A stretch of DNA of 64,000 bases, taken from the NCBI GenBank assembly GCA_964035545.1, contig OZ037772.1, positions 12,832,818-12,896,817 on the forward strand. The letters run 5' to 3'. This DNA is from Bugula neritina (Eukaryota; Animalia; Bryozoa). The notes beneath the pieces are model-generated. The model saw only the letters and a program-made list of their open reading frames with translations, was not told the DNA's origin and made no database searches. Below are positions 36,500-50,000 of the stretch, in pieces. Within the stretch, counting starts at the first letter, position 1. The number at the start of each line of letters is the position of its first letter. The position numbers were made by a program, and so were the translations under genes.

Positions 36500-39400
36500 C
36501 GGTTTTTGTAAACTGCGTAAACGTAAAGGCGGAAAAAAGTGGCGGAAACGTAAACAGGAGAAAACAACTCAAAAAAACTTCTAACGACTACTTTTAAACA
36601 TAAAATCTGGTTGCGTGAGCGTGGCCATAAAATCACGAAACATCCAAGCCGTCGGCGCACAAAGAGTTTAGTTACACAACTAGTTTTTATTATGATGTTG
36701 ACAATTACATTTTTACCTGCTAATAATTAACTTTTAAACTACAAAACCGAGCCCAATAATTGTGATTCTCGTAGTTGCATAGATACCAAAACCTTCGATG
36801 TTTTACTATTAACTAAATTTTAGTTGTTCAACTAACATTCGTACGACTTAAGTTATCTAGCCAGCATAATATTATTTTTTTTATCGAAATTCCCATTAAA
36901 ATATCTCATTAAAAACTACAGTGAAAATAAGTTAATATTTATCGTTGCATGTAATTGTTATAATAAAAAAATGCTTATTATTGTTATCATGCTCATGAGT
37001 ATTTTCAAACTTTAACTATAAAACGTAGAACTATCGTTAGTATTTATAGTACAATGCTATTTCAAATAGTGTGACTCAATTAGTATAATTTCATCAAATA
37101 AATAATTTGATAAATAAACCAAGTTAATACTTATGGGTTAAAATGCAGAACTTTTTAGCTTTGTGCTTAAAGTGTCTTACTTCCACTACCTCAAACTTGG
37201 GCCTTGTGCTCAAAACTTTGATCGATAACTCACTAGAAGTAAATGAATAGCCATGGCAGCAAAGTTGTTTTAAATTTTTGTTCTTTAAAATAATATTGTA
37301 AAGATGTGAGTGAAAATGTACATACTAGTAACTTGTATGTATTACTGTACAGCATGATGTAATCAAAGAACACAATAACTTGAAGAACTATTTGATATTT
37401 ATACAATAAAACATAAAATATGATGCAATAATATAAGTAAAAGTAAGAAGAAAAAAAAAAATCAATTTTTTAGTTTTGTATAAAGATGTGTTCAAGGCAC
37501 AGCAAATAAAAATTACAAAAACATATTTGCTGACGAAATGTCACCAAAATGCTGAACAACTGAAACTTCGTCATGGCTTATAACGCCTTGCATATAATTG
37601 CAAATATGCAACAGCTTATCAAAGCTTTAATGCCCTAAACACCTAATATGAATGTATACATTTTGCAAAGTCTTGCTAACAGTTAAAATACCGCTAAATA
37701 AATCAATATGTTCTCAGTAGGTCTTCTTTGATGCTACAATACGATCTAGAGGAAATATGTAAATAATAATGGAACAATCAGCTGTCATTCTTTACTTTGA
37801 AAGTGACAATCGCAATCACAGTGGTGTGACAACTACATTGAAACCAAACCAATTTGTAAAAAGCAACTTGATTACATTGGAGTCTTGTGACGGAGCTGGT
37901 GGTTTACTGTTCTGTCAACTCAGCAGTCAACTTCAAAGGACTTGCACATGCTAGCAAGCAAGTCCTATGAATTTGTAACAGTGAGTAGCGCAGGGAAATA
38001 TTCCAAGGATTCTCTTCTTGAACACAAACAAAGCTGCCAAAACAAACAATCAACAAATTACAATTTTCTTCACAAGTGCAAAGCTAATGACAAAACACAC
38101 AGCAAAAAATAAACAATATAGCTGATTATACAGCTGTACCTTTATCACAGTTATTAGAACCAGAATGTCCGTAATACCTATTGCATTTATTCTTGGAGCT
38201 AATTAAATCTTTGTTCCTGCAACAGCAATAAACTGCTCTTGTATTGTGCCTCTTTGTATACAAGTATTTGTTAAATACTTCTCACCCTACTCTTATCTGT
38301 TATATAAAGCAAATCCAGTACTTCCAAGTTTTTAGTTAACTTGACTCCTGGTTCATCAAATCTTTTCAAAGTGATAGCTAAGACTTTTGGAAGCTTTGTA
38401 AACTGAGACAGTTGTACAGTTATATCTAGACTACTAGAGTTGGAAAATAGTAACATGAGTATTTATTCAGTAGTCAAAAATTCTCAAGAATATGGTCCAA
38501 AATATTATGTAAACATAAAATGCACAAAGTACCCTTCGAAAACATATCCATCTAGTTTCTTGGAACTGAATTGATGCCCTGCAGTGTGACCTCACTCTGT
38601 AACAAATAAAATAGCCAATACAAAAACGTGATGCTATAGTGCCAATAAAATAAATGTTCTATTTGTTGCCAAATCACCTCTAATAGAGGAACTGGTAATA
38701 AATTCATTGACTGAGCAAATGCTGTTTCAGCATTGCAGAAATGACATTTAGTCAACTATTCAACTTCTGACCAGAACAATTTTGTCCCATTGAAGAAAAG
38801 AGCATAAGTGTTTAGTGTACCTACTAACTGTCACTTTAGGAATTATAAACTATACATAAGCAACAAATGTGTTCAAGCAATGTTAATGTTACCCAACCTA
38901 TTGCATCGCATGTTATAAACTTCCATTAATACCTCGGCAACATCATGCTGCTCATTATTCATGAAATCAGGTAAAACCTCTATAAACAAAATATGTATGT
39001 AAAAGAAGCCTTAATTGGTGGCTATTCTTGATTAAAATGTCAATTATACATTTGGTTTTTGATAAGGGATTTGAAATTTATCGTTAGCCATGAAATTCAG
39101 CCCTTGATCTGTGGAATTGCTACTGGCACAGTAACAAATGAAACATATATAACCAAAAAAAACACTAAAGTGAGACCAAAAGACCAAAACAGTGATCTAC
39201 TTCTCGATTACAGTATGAAAAAACATGACCATTTATTTCCTATATAAATAGAACAAGTTACTTTAAATCTAGGTTTAAAGTCATATTAATCCCCTAAGAA
39301 AAAGATAAATTAAAATTTATGTACTCAGAATTTACTTGTAGCGGTGGTGTGCGGCTTATAGTTTGAATACATGCATTTAAAAAGCATGTATTTCCAAAAT

Positions 39401-40983
39401 TAGTTATATCTCTATAATCTGTAAAAATTATCAAAACAACAGGACCATTACAATGAATGCTAAACAATGAATATTCTTGACTTCAAATTATATAATCAGA
39501 ACAACAATCTGGCTTAAAAAAAACCTAGACTTTTTGGCTTATTTAATATGAAAAAGACTGTTACTTTCACAAGACAAATGTCAAATACACTATATCTGCA
39601 CCACAAGACCAAAATGAGTCTTAACAGGGTATACAATGGGTTTTAAGATAACATGTGACTGAGTGTTATAGCCAATTCATTAAACACATATATGTTTAAG
39701 TTCAACTGCATCAATGTGAAAGTTTGATGCACTTTTTCTCAACGATTTGAATAAAACACTCAAGTAGTATAAGTATTACTATCCATCTTGTCTTAGACTT
39801 ACTAATTATTAATCAATATACCATAAGTATAATTATAAACTTATATTAATATCACAATACCATTTAACAATTACTGGTTAGTGAATTACATATATAATTA
39901 AATGAATTAAAATAAACATAAGATAAGCAGATGTGAATTACTACTACAGTATCAATACAATTATGAATTATTATTATTAATAATACAAAATTATATTAAA
40001 ATAATAGGCTAATAATAATACTACACTTTATATAATGACAATGATTATCATTATGATTATATTATTATTATTAATATTAATAATTAATGTAATACTAAAA
40101 TATTAATTAACATAATACTAATACTTATACTTATACTAAGTTTAATAGTAATAGTAATACTAATAGACAATAGACATAGTAATAGAACTAGTAGCACTAA
40201 GTTAAATAGCTATACTAATAGTATTACATTTACTATTACTATTAGTATTAATATTAGTATTAGTAATATAATTATAATTATAATAAATGTAATTCAATAC
40301 CTAAAGTTGAAATGATATCGTAATCTATAAGTTAATATATAATTATCACTATAACTATAAGTATAAGTATATTAATTATTATTTATATTATTAATTAAAC
40401 GCTATTAGTATTACTATTAGTATTAGTAAAAGTGATACTATTACTATTGAGTATTACTATTACTATTAGTATTAGTATTACTATTAGTATTAGTATTAGT
40501 ATTATTAATATTTCTATTAATATTAATATTATAATTATTATTTATTAAATTTAATCGTTAATATGATTTAGATTATTATTTTAATCGACAATTATTTAGT
40601 TTAAAAATGTTATTAATAATTTATAAGCAGATTGAGCTTACCCATCTCTAGCTTTATTTGTTATATTGGAAAGTCGAAGTGAGAATTTTAGGTTCAAGCA
40701 AAAAGATATAAGCTGTTCAGTTGAAGGGGTGTACTTGTAGAGTTGAAGATATCACGTTGGTTGTGAGGGATGAAATAGACTAAGTACTTAACACGTTGCC
40801 GAGGTTTTCTTAATGCAAGATTATTTTAATTTTAGAGTTGTGTCATTTTTCAACTAAAACCTATGCTTCGTGCATACACAAAAGTATTACGCAGCGATTA
40901 CTAAAAAAATTGCTCGGTTAAGTACTTTTCCGCCGTTTTTGCAGAAATTTCCGCTTTTCCGTTTACGCAGTTTACAAAAACCG
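36500..40983. mobile_element. Non-autonomous TIR DNA transposon, Mutator-like (9-bp TSD), carrying a USP gene
   Basis: Perfect 24-bp TIRs cggtttttgtaaactgcgtaaacg (36500-36523 / 40960-40983), extended by imperfect ggcggaaa subterminal motifs. Flanking 9-bp direct repeat tttagtggt (36491-36499) / tttagcggt (40984-40992), one mismatch. No transposase ORF seen. Confidence 0.85.
37714..39411 (-). pseudogene. Degenerate, intron-containing ubiquitin-specific protease (peptidase C19/USP) catalytic domain inside the transposon
   Basis: Minus-strand exons in canonical USP order. 39411-39336 Cys box DITNFGNTCFLNACIQTISRTPPLQ. 38979-38898 VLPDFMNNEQHDVAEVL. 38789-38678 LFWSEVE*LTKCHFC...NLLPVPL, with in-frame TAG at 38758-38756 and an acceptor reading CAA. 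About 38598-38533 KLDGYVF (frameshifted). About 38439-38286 FTKLPKVLAITLKRFD. About 38216-38140 GHSGSNNCDKG. About 37855-37714 WFGFN...CSIIIY. Catalytic His not recoverable. Confidence 0.85.
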
Positions 40984-41238
40984 TTTAGCGGTACACATGC
41001 TGATTATGTTTGTGTTATCTATTACATAGTGCAGCCATCTAGCAAGGCTGCTAACCTATATAAGTTATGTTTTCCTGACGTTCTCCAATTTCTATAATGC
41101 CACGCCTAAATATAATAAGGACATGGGAGACAACTGCTAAAAGTTGTTGCAATGCGGAGGCATAACATGGAAGCTTACTTGTGATGATAATATGTAATAA
41201 ATTATTAATATTAATACTATATACAAGATACTATATAA

Positions 41239-41590
41239 GGGGTGGAGATATTATACAGGGGGTGGAGATACTATACAGGGGGGTGGAGATATTATACAGG
41301 GGGTGGAGATACTATACAGGGGGGTGGAGATATTATACAGGGGGTGGAGATATTATACAGGGGGTGGAGATATCATACAGGGGGTGGAGATACTATACAG
41401 GGGGGTGGAGATACTATACAGGGGGGTGGAGATACTATACAGGGGGTGGAGATATTATACAGGGGGTGGAGATATCATACAGGGGGGGGTGGATATATTA
41501 TACAGGGGGTGGAGATACTATACAGGGGGGGTGGATATATTATACAGGGGGTGGAGATATTATACAGGGGTGGAGGTACTATACAGGGGG
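41239..41590 (+). repeat. G-rich 21-23-bp minisatellite (G-quadruplex-prone)
   Basis: Unit ggggg(g)tggagatattataca, about 16 copies with variable G-run length. Confidence 0.9.
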
Positions 41591-42779
41591 AGAAGAAAAT
41601 ACCTTCATTGTTATTATATCTGTATGTGAAAGAAACGACATTTTAGAGTTGTCTGTTCATTCTATTCTGTCATTTGATTCAATGAATGCATCAATTTTAC
41701 TTATAGTCTGAGTATACAGATAAAGATAGTCTGAGTATAAATACAGAGATAGTCTGAGTATGCATGTATTACAAGTTAATTAGAATTAGAAGGTAATTAA
41801 TAACATATAATGAGATTTTAAACACTGGGTTTAACTGTTGAATGTATAAGAGTTAGTTTAATTTGTAAGTAACCAAAATATGCATTATTCTAACAGCCCA
41901 AATGACGCAAATGAATGAAGTAATAGTGATCATATAGTATTTTAAAGTTGTGCACAAGCAGGGGTGCAGACACAGGGGTGAGAGGCAGCAGCTTGGGGTT
42001 TGGAAACTGGAATTGTGCATATCAAAATATGATATTCTAAACCTTACACCCCCTTTACACCCCCTTACACTCCCTGGCACTCTCTTACACCCCCTCTTAC
42101 ACTCCTTTAAACTTTGTTCGTTTACACTTCAGTACCACTACACCCCTGATTTTACACAGATGACTAATTCATATAATTAACTTAGCAGCTCATGCGCTGA
42201 GAGATTTTTGTTACTAAACCAAATGAAGATCGTTTTTGTATCACATAAACAGAATGGCGCGTATTTTAGTATTGTTTGTTGTTTGTTATTTATGGCCCGG
42301 TGGCCACAAACAACGTCACTCTATCGTCACGCGGCCTGCACATCGTTTTACGAGTTATTTACTGATATTTATAGCAATTACGACATCGACCAATCACAGA
42401 GCGGATGGGCGCACAATAGTGGAGGTTAAATGGGAACACAAGTTGACAGTATGAAATGATATCACTCTGTAGGGAGAGCTTATGCTAAGAGAAGATTACC
42501 AGCTGCAGTCAGGTAAATAATACATTCTATTGCCTCTCTATCAAGACTCTTTGTCATGAATCAAGAACTTTTGGGCAGTTCTGAAGTAGTATTTAAGTTA
42601 TATTGAAGTAAGGGAAGGGAAGGTTTTGTGGTTTGAAGGGTAGAGTTTAGTATAGACATGCAGCGCCACCCTTTCCTCTCGAAAAACAAGACATGAGAAT
42701 GAATTTAAACTAAAGAAATAGCTAAATATTATTGCTTTTGATAGTTGATACACACACTGAAGTACTCTCAGTGTTAGTA

Positions 42780-43050
42780 TAACTATTACCATTATATTTA
42801 CTATCAGTATTACTATTAGTATTAGTATTACTATTACTATTAGTATAAGTGTTGCTATTAGTATTAGTATCCCTATTACTAATACTATTACTATTAGTAT
42901 TAGTATTACATAATTACTATTAGTATTACTATTACTATTAGGTAATTAGTATTACTATTAGTATTAGGTAATTGGTATTAGTATTAGTATTAGGTAATTG
43001 GTATTAGTATTAGTATTAGGTAATTGGTATTACTATTAGTATTAGGTAAC
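42780..43050 (+). repeat. AT-rich (TATTAG/TATTAC)n low-complexity array
   Basis: Hexamer periodicity; a similar tract lies at about 40200-40520. Confidence 0.8.
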
Positions 43051-46000
43051 TGTACCCATGTACTTGTAGTTTAAGCTTAATATTTCATACCCAGCCTTAT
43101 GGACTGATTGCTGTGGCCTGCTGTATTCATCTTTAGAAACATTTTTAACTTTCTCCTGGCCATATACTTATAATAGTATATAGTATAATAGTATATAGTA
43201 TTAATATATCATATAACCTTGGATTATTTATAGGCATAAACTAAGGAAGACAGTCTTATTTTAGTTTGAGTCAGTGACCAGCATAGACGAAGTGTTTAAC
43301 CAATGTATGCACGACTTAAAACACTTAGAGTTGCTCTTAAGATACTCAAGACTTAATCCCATTTCAAGTAACTATAACTCTAAGCATTTACTGACTACTC
43401 AACCCACCACTTTACTAGACTGACAGGGACTACACTATAGGCATAGCATGCTACTAATACTATATACTATATATACTATACCACTTTATTACTAATACTA
43501 TATAGTATATACTAATAGCCTACTATATACCACAATATTATTACTAATACTAAAATATTATATACTAACTACTAAGTTTATACCACTATATTACTAATAC
43601 TATATACTATTATTATATATAGTATACTAGTAATAATATACACTAAGTTTATACCACTATATTACTAAGGAGGAAATATCTAATAACTACTTTGTACATT
43701 GTCACTAGTAATTAAAGTCACTCTACTCCTATCACAGCTGCACCTTCCCCAAGGTTAGTTGAGGTGTTTGTCTAACAGAGCACACAGGGAGTATTGGAAG
43801 GGGGATAACTACCAATATTCTAATAAAGATATTGCTACACTAACACTGTGATATCATTATTATTATTATTATATATATATTACTATAGTAAACTACAAGT
43901 ATATTATATTAGTACAGACATGCTATAGTTATAAACCACAGTATATTGTAGTTGAGAGAAGATTAGGTAGAAATCTAATCAGCTTATAAACTTTCAATAA
44001 GATACAAGTTCTATAATGTTACAATGAACAACTTCTACTATACTAACACATGTTATGTGAATAACTAGCAATAGCTAACCTTTGGCTATCAAATATCAGT
44101 CACTATATTCAAATTCACACCAGCCCAATATGGACACACTGGGTCACACTTGTACAGTGAATATGTACAGATAGTTGTGGGGCTAATACAGCTAGGGCGG
44201 GTTACTGTAGCCTGTAGCATGTAAATCCAAACTTTCTCAAAGGCTGCAGCCAAGTTGTAAAATACTCAGCTATATTCAAAATATAGTAATATTTTTAAAT
44301 CATGGCTTCACTATTCATTAGACCTGAGAGTTTAGAGAGGAATGGGGAACATGTGATGTGAACTTAACGTCTGCTTTTTGTGTATCTCCCTAGAATATGT
44401 ATAGACTGGGTGATAGAGCCTTAGCTTATGGTCCTGGTTATTCAGTCAGGTGTTTAGGGTGATTGGTAAACCTCCCATTATACAAAGTTGAGAGCTAGAG
44501 GAAAATGCTACTGGTATTCAATCTATTTTAGTAGCTGCTTCCCTTGCTTGGGCTACTTTGAACTTAACATTTATACAGGAAATTGCACTCAAGTTAAAAC
44601 TCAAGTCTTTACTCAAGTCATTGCTCAAGTCAGCAAGTTAAAACTTCCCCAAGTTATCAACCCCAGGTCATCGGTGAGTGTTGATCAGATAAAAGAGTCC
44701 AAGTTATCTCCACTCACCAGCATCTGTCACCCACTAATCATCTCATCTCTTCTATCTGCTTTCATCTGCTTCTATCTGCTTTTATCTGCCCAGGAAAAAC
44801 CTCAAACTGAAGTGCAGATATTGTATCTTCTTTCCTGGAAATTTCAGCCGAGCCAGTTTCCCTTTAAGTTCCACTCTTTGTCCTGAAAAACAGCTTAAAA
44901 GTCTGAAGCAAACAGCTTCAAAAACATTACCTATGCAGTATGCAGTTAACTATTACATAATACCCCAAACCCCACACTATATGCTGGGGCAGGTGGAAGT
45001 CTTATGTTATATAGTTTGGTAGGTGTTCTATTTTTTTCAGGGAGTTACTTCCCTTGTCTAAAGTATCTCCGCCCCAGCTGAGGTCACCAGAGGTCAACTG
45101 TGTTATCATAGAAATGCTGTATAATGCAACCTTTTGACATAAAATTAAGATTAAGTGAAAAGTTGTCAGTTTAATTGTAGCCCGAGGTCTGAAACTCAAA
45201 CTACACTAAGCAGTCTTTCAGAACAGGGCAAGCTAAACTTTAGGGCCCAAGGCTAGCTGTCAGCTGACAATGAAATTTAAATGATGACTTTCAGCTCTCC
45301 TGCACAACTGTGAGCTGCCTAACTATGCTGCTGCCTAACACTATGTCAGTGTGGCAGCAATTAAACTACTCAATTAAAGGATAGAGATCCTGGTTACCAT
45401 GCCTCAACTCACTTTATCTTATCTACTAAGCTGTAAAACCTATCAAACTGCTAGAACATTCTGCATTGTCTTGACTCCATCAGTTTATCACAATTCAGTG
45501 CTTTGTGGTTCGTATGAAGAGACTGGGTCTCAGTCACTCCCTGGATCTGGTAAATCAAACGCTTTTCAAAGTAGTTTTATATCATTTTCTTCAAAGCAGT
45601 TTATTAAATGGTTTCTTGTCTGCAGAGCTGTTCATAGCCTCAGGAACTGCTATTCTCTGACAAATAGTCGGGAGCTTCTTTTACAGCTCCCCATTTCAAT
45701 AAGAGATGATTTCTAGATAGTATTAGCCATTGCCACTCCTACAACCAAAGGGATGCCCCAGTTTAACGTCTACAAACACTTGAGAGGGGATTAAGTGGCG
45801 GTGTTAGCATAGCTTTGCTCTTTATCACCTGTCTCTGTAATATTGTGATAAGTAGAGAGTATACAGCAAATACTACTACATGTTAGATAACTTCAGAGTG
45901 TAGAGTAAGACAATAATTCTAGAGTCTAGACTGTGGCCCTGTGACTCTGTGACTTGAGAATGTCTGGTAGGTGGTTGGTACCACCCTACCTAATAGTACA

Positions 46001-47076
46001 GATGGGAGCTGGTCTAATTGAATTTGTTAAAACTAATAAGTTTCTATTAGTACTTTGAATAATTTCCACTAGTAACTAAGTTACATGGCCACTGAGTATC
46101 TAGTATAACATGTTACACATTATACTGGTATTACTACATATTGAATACTATACTACTACATATTGAATACTATACTACTAATATTATTGTACTGATAACA
46201 ATAACAATGCGAGTTAACATGGTAGTATTAATATTATATCTCTCAGCACTCATCTATACATAGCAGTGTGATATGGTGTTGCCTGTTGTAAGAAGTTGTC
46301 TTTTCCTGAACTGACAGTACGAAGTTTCTATCTAAGCTCTGTAATAAGTAAAGCTAGCACATAAGCTACTCTGTGGAGGGTATGCCCCCCTCCCCTCCTC
46401 CAAATACTCTGTGGAGGGTGTGCCTCCCTCCCCTCCCCCAAATACTCTGTGGAGAGTAAAGCTAGGATTGCCTACTAAACCCATCCTCCCTCTCTACTAG
46501 CTCCATTTACTGCTAGCTCATCCCATATCATAAAGTTATTTTGTATCCATAGTAACCAGTAAATATGAGCATTAGCCATATTTCCACAATAATATGTATA
46601 ATATATAACAGCCTGTAGACCTATTTGCTCCCTTCCAGCTCTTAATCTGAAATGTAATGAGCAGTAATTAAAGTTATAATTTATGTATTGGAGAAGCTTC
46701 TGGCTGACGAAGGTTTTGTGGAGAATAAATGTCTCCACCAGGGAGGTTTAATTTTCTCTCAGATGAATTCAGAGACTTGGAAACAGTTGATTAGTTTACG
46801 GAGATTACTTATTGCTTTATATTTCCTTTAAAGTTCAGATATTTTAAGTTTAGTATATTATATAGGAAGTAACATAACTATTACATCATATTTGTACAGG
46901 TATTCAAGAGATGGAGTAGAGCAACAGAATATAATACTTGTAATATTATATAATACATATAATATTATATAATATAATATGATTCTACAGGTAGCTAGAG
47001 CTGTGAAAGAGGAAATAGTAGCTCAGAATATAAGTTAGTGACATCACAGAGGCAATAGTGACATCACAGAGGCAAG

Positions 47077-50000
47077 ATGGTCCTCAGCGACCTGATTGGA
47101 GCGTTGAGAGAAGGGAGTCAGCTGATCTCTAACCGAGATGATGACATGTACGATAGACTTAGCAACAGGTGGTCTATAGGTGAGTGTGACACTTAGTAGC
47201 AGGTGGTCTATAGGTGAGTGTGACACTTAGTAGCAGGTGGTCTATAGGTGAGTGTGACACTTAGTAGCAGGTGGTCTATAGGTGAGTGTGACACTTAGTA
47301 GCAGGTGGTCTATAGGTGAGTGTAACACTTAGTAACAGGTGCTCTATAGGTGAGTGTGACACTTAGTAGCAGGTGGTCTATAGGTGAGTGTGACACTTAG
47401 CAACAGGTGGTCTATAGGTGAGTGTGACACTTAGTAGCAGGTGGTCTATAGGTGAGTGTGACACTTAGTAGCAGGTGGTCTATAGGTGAGTGTGACACTT
47501 AGTAGCAGGTGGTCTATAGGTGAGTGTGACACTTAGTAACAGGTGGTCTATAGGTGAGTGTGACACTTAGCAACAGGTGGTCTATAGGTGAGTGTGACAC
47601 TTAGTAACAGGTGGTCCATAGGTGAGTGTGACACTTAGTAACAGGTGGTCTATAGGTGAGTGTGACACTTAGTAACAGGTGGTCCATAGGTGAGTGTGAC
47701 ACTTAGTAACAGGTGGTCTATAGGTGAGTGTGACACTTAGCAACAGGTGGTCTATAGGTGAGTGTGACACTTGGTAGCAGGTGGTCTATAGGTGTGTGTG
47801 ACACTTAGTAACAGGTGATCTATAGGTGAGTGTGACACTTGGTAGCAGGTGGTCTATAGGTGAGTGTGACACTTAGTAACAGGTGATCTATAGGTGAGTG
47901 TGACACTTAGCAACAGGTGGTCTATAGGTGTGTGTGACACCTAGTAACAGGTGGTCTATAGGTGAGCGTGACACTTAGTAGCAGGTGGTCTATAGGTGAG
48001 TGTGACACTTAGCAACAGGTGGTCTATAGGTGAGTGTGACACTTAGTAGCAGGTGGTCTATAGGTGAGTGTGACACTTAGTAGCAGGTGGTCTATAGGTG
48101 AGTGTGACACTTGGTAGCAGGTGGTCTATAGGTGTGTGTGACACTTAGTAACAGGTGATCTATAGGTGAGTGTGACACTTGGTAGCAGGTGGTCTATAGG
48201 TGAGTGTGACACTTAGTAACAGGTGATCTATAGGTGAGTGTGACACTTAGCAACAGGTGGTCTATAAGTGTGTGTGACACCTAGTAACAGGTGGTCTATA
48301 GGTGAGCGTGACACTTAGTAGCAGGTGGTCTATAGGTGTGTGTGACTCAATAAGCAGATAGCAAAGCAAGGTCAACTGTTCTCATCTGTAAATCAGGTAT
48401 ACAGTGTGAGATCAGTGAATTGTGGTTTAAAACTTTTTTAAAAGCATAGCTTCTTTTGTGACATATCTCGAACACAGGCTTTTCTCAAGTTTCTCTTTTA
48501 TTGAACATACTTTTTCATTTAGCTGTGAGTTGATGTCAGCGATGTAAAGATTGAGAATTTAACATGAAAGCAAAGCATCAAAAACTGATGTTATCTTTAA
48601 GCAAAAAGTTGTTTATGTAAACTTGACGAAGAGCAGAAGCAAAAGACTGATAGAAACTGCTCACGTACATGACAATCTAATAGATAAGTTACTTTGTAGG
48701 TCAGCTAATGTTAAGCTTACACTATATACAATATAATACTCCCAGGGTCAAGGTGAACATGTAAACCAATCACGCAGCTTGTAGCATACTTTCTCCTCTG
48801 CCAGCATTTTTTGGCCAACTTTTAGGCACGCATCCTTAATTTTCACTCATGAGGCGTTTTTCCCACCGAAAGTGTAGATAGTAATCTAATAGTGTGTCTG
48901 AATAATACTGAATACTCCCCCACTATTACCTGTTCCTATCTAGATACACTCAGTCTAGTGTTACAGGTAATTAGCCTGCTATTAGAGTCATTTACATAAG
49001 CAAATCTGGAGAAAAAGAGATGTACAGCCAGCATAATAGAAGGTTCTGGGATCTTGCCAGATTACATAACAATCTTTCTCTGTTTAAAAGTGGTTTGCCA
49101 GCTGATTGACTCTGCATTTTTTGCTTTTACCTGTTCTTAAGTGTCACATATTGAGAGCTATGACATGTGTTGTAAAATACCTGCGTTAAAGTGCCATCCG
49201 CAAATAACAGAAAAGTTTAACACAACTGAAGTGTCACTCAATTGCCCATTTCATGACTTTTGACTAATAGTGACACTAGCAATGGCACTAGCAGTGATAC
49301 TGGTTACTATTAGTGGCATTGAGTACTATTAGTGACATCAGTTACTAGTAGTGACACTAGTTACTTACAGTGACACTAGTTAACTAGTTACTAGCAGTGA
49401 CACTAGTTACTAGCAGTGACACTAGCTACCAACAGTGACACTAGTCACAGGTGGTTCTACCCGCCTCTCACTATGAAACATTTTTTCAATTCACATTCCT
49501 AGCATTGATTCATGTTGAATGTTTTCTACACTTTTCATCAGATTTGATTCTTGCAAAATCTGTGAGTCAACAATTAATGCCTGAGGTCACAGTGATTCAC
49601 ACCCGGCTAATCTAAATAGAGCATTTTATTGGATGTCATCACTCAAACTTTGAACCAGAAAACCCACATTTCCTTGTAAACTTATTATTTGGGTTTCAAG
49701 AGCTAGAGCTGACTGTTTTTCAGTTTCACATCTCTTGCACAACTGAACTACTTATTGTGTGCAACACGGCACTCTCATCTGCTGTTGTACTAATCACACA
49801 TGATAATAAGTAGCCAGTGATCTTAGTTTCTACTTCTGTGGGGAGGGCAGCTGGTAACACAATCTTTCAGAGGTGTCAATTTGTGAAAACATGCTTCTCA
49901 AACAGGACACCTCAACAATAGACAGAACACCATTCCGGCAAACATAAAGTTGCCATTTCAAAAATGAGACATCTAAAATCTGATTGGGTCAAAATAGCTG

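Noticed and set aside
41181-41711. GGWRYYT / GVEILYR repeat ORFs
   Set aside because: Open in all three frames with variable G-run lengths; minisatellite artefact.
41959-42148. caggggtg...cacccctg possible hAT MITE
   Set aside because: Only about 8-bp inverted match and no matching 8-bp TSD.
47158-48346. CRISPR-like regular array
   Set aside because: Head-to-tail repeats without unique spacers, eukaryotic context, no cas genes.
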